The position numbers and the translations under genes were made by a program. From NCBI RefSeq assembly GCF_006345805.1, contig NW_021835991.1:310001-374000 (forward strand): 64,000 nucleotides of DNA, in the 5' to 3' direction. Origin of the DNA: Octopus sinensis (lineage: Eukaryota). Positions 62,490-64,000 of this stretch are shown here, piece by piece (within the stretch, counting starts at the first letter, position 1; each line of letters begins with the position of its first letter). The notes below the pieces were generated by a model. It saw only the letters and a program-made list of their open reading frames with translations. It did not search any database and had not been told where the DNA came from.

Positions 62490-63889
62490 ACCAAGTAAAT
62501 ATCCGGATCCAAACAAATTCAAATTTATAAGGAAACCGATTGGTGAAACTTCTAATTATTACAAAGCTATGAACAGGAAAATGAATGTTCATAATAGTAA
62601 GTATGATTATAATGTCGGTGATAAAGTAAGAAATAAAAAACTAATAAATAGATTCGAATTAAAAAAGATTTTGAAACTAATTTATCGTTGCGAATAGATA
62701 AATTCGAATCACAGTACTATCCATCAGCTAAAATAATAAATATTTTGTCGAATTTTAAATTTATTTATTTAATAGATTAAACACTCAAATGGGGAAAAGT
62801 CTATAGACAGGATTAAAAAACTTAATTAAATTAATAATTTTTGTAGTTGATAATTCAATAATAAGATTGTTTGAAGTTTATCGATAAATTGACAGATGTA
62901 TTTTTTAATACAAAATGAAACAAATCAGATTTTTTTTAAAAAAATCAATAGTTTTTTGGAAAACCAGAAAAATCAAAATGAAACTAAAGTTAGTTAGAGG
63001 ACTTCCCCGCTTCGTAGATGGAGAAACAGTTTCCTCGTACGATGGCAAGGGAAATCCTCTGAAGGAGCCAGCCCGTCTTGCGTGTGTCATTTCTCTTCAG
63101 AGAGATCAGACGTCCGAGCTTATAGAGGAAAGTCAAAGACTTTTCCCCAATGACCCCTGAAGTCTCGACAGCAACAGGGGCGAATAGATATCGCTCCGAG
63201 AGTTCTCTATATTCGCAATCTTAAGCTTTTCTGTTCTAAGGGACACCGAACCGGCTGCGACGGCTGACAAGGGAAAATTAGGTTCAGAGAAGTATCTGAA
63301 CATGTCGCGTCCCAAATCAGCGACTTGCCGAACTCAAAGGGGAAGGTGGATAGACCGTCAGGTCTTTTTCCGTCTTCCCTAGCAAGCCCAGCCGGTTCTA
63401 GGATGATGGAATACCGGCAGCATTGAGACCCCTCAAGACAACGTCATTAAGGCTGTGTGGCGTGGTGCCCGCCCAGCACTGCGTCTGCAGGAAAGAGGGT
63501 GTAGACCGTACTGGTCGATCATGGCCCCACAGCGGCACTTGTGAATTGCACAGATCTTCAAACCGAGACGCAGAGAAATAGCGACTCTGAGACAATCGCC
63601 GTCTAGTAGTGTCTCGATGTTCGGTAGGGGAAGGGCGTCAAGCCAGGCCCCACTGCCCGGACTGCAGCCCGCACGAAGACAGGCCAGCCTGTGCTGGTCG
63701 AAACTCTAAAGCAGGACAGAGGAGAGAGTGTCACAAGTGATCGAATCCCACTGACCCTGGACGGATGGGTCGGCAGGTCTTTTGGTATACGCAGAATCCC
63801 AAACAAAATCAGATTAAAATTGACAGATTAACATTAATTGAAGGTCAGTGTAACGCGGATCCCAAACGTATCATTTTGCCCATGTCACA
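62490..63889 (+). mobile_element. 3' part of a Ginger2 family 2 element with nested CRE fragment
   Basis: YPDPNKFKFIRKPIGETSNYYK matches 41895-41960 (minus strand). End ..TGCCCATGTCACA at 63889 followed by TATTA. Confidence 0.75.
62985..63800 (-). mobile_element. CRE-clade 3' fragment, another family
   Basis: [32 protein letters not shown] and IVRGNCFSI in broken frames. Confidence 0.8.
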
Positions 63890-64000
63890 TATTAAATATA
63901 TAGAAGAAAAATGTCTGTTTATTCTAAAAAATTCTTTTTTAACAATTATTTATAAATTTATTAAAGCGAGCCGCAATATAATATTAAATTAGCGTTAACT

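Overview
AT-rich eukaryotic genomic DNA (not prokaryotic) from a lineage with very short spliceosomal introns, mostly 21-34 nt. Parasites such as dicyemids, myxozoans or ascetosporeans are candidates, but the sequence alone does not identify the organism. Host genes recovered by manual splicing are SSR1/TRAP-alpha (head-to-head with RFC5), ICMT (three copies), an LRR protein, a possible SCAF4/8-like gene, two small paralogous acidic proteins and one unknown gene. Most of the window is mobile DNA: an intact single-ORF CRE-clade retrotransposon with an N-terminal PHD finger, many CRE 3' fragments, a young 5'-truncated RTE LINE with target-site duplication, decayed LINEs, two pogo/Tigger elements, hAT (GTF2IRD2/SPIN-like and Buster/Charlie-like) elements, and two families of Ginger2/TDD integrase transposons. 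One Ginger2 gene is split by nine micro-introns, and all five visible Ginger2 ends abut TATTA. A ~17 kb block (19842-36858) recurs at 43300-62178 with different insertions and deletions, and it contains an internal 3.47 kb tandem duplication that breaks inside a TCTAGA palindrome. Many homopolymer frameshifts, especially after ~53 kb, look like long-read consensus errors. All coordinates were read by eye, and family assignments come from recalled motifs rather than database searches.
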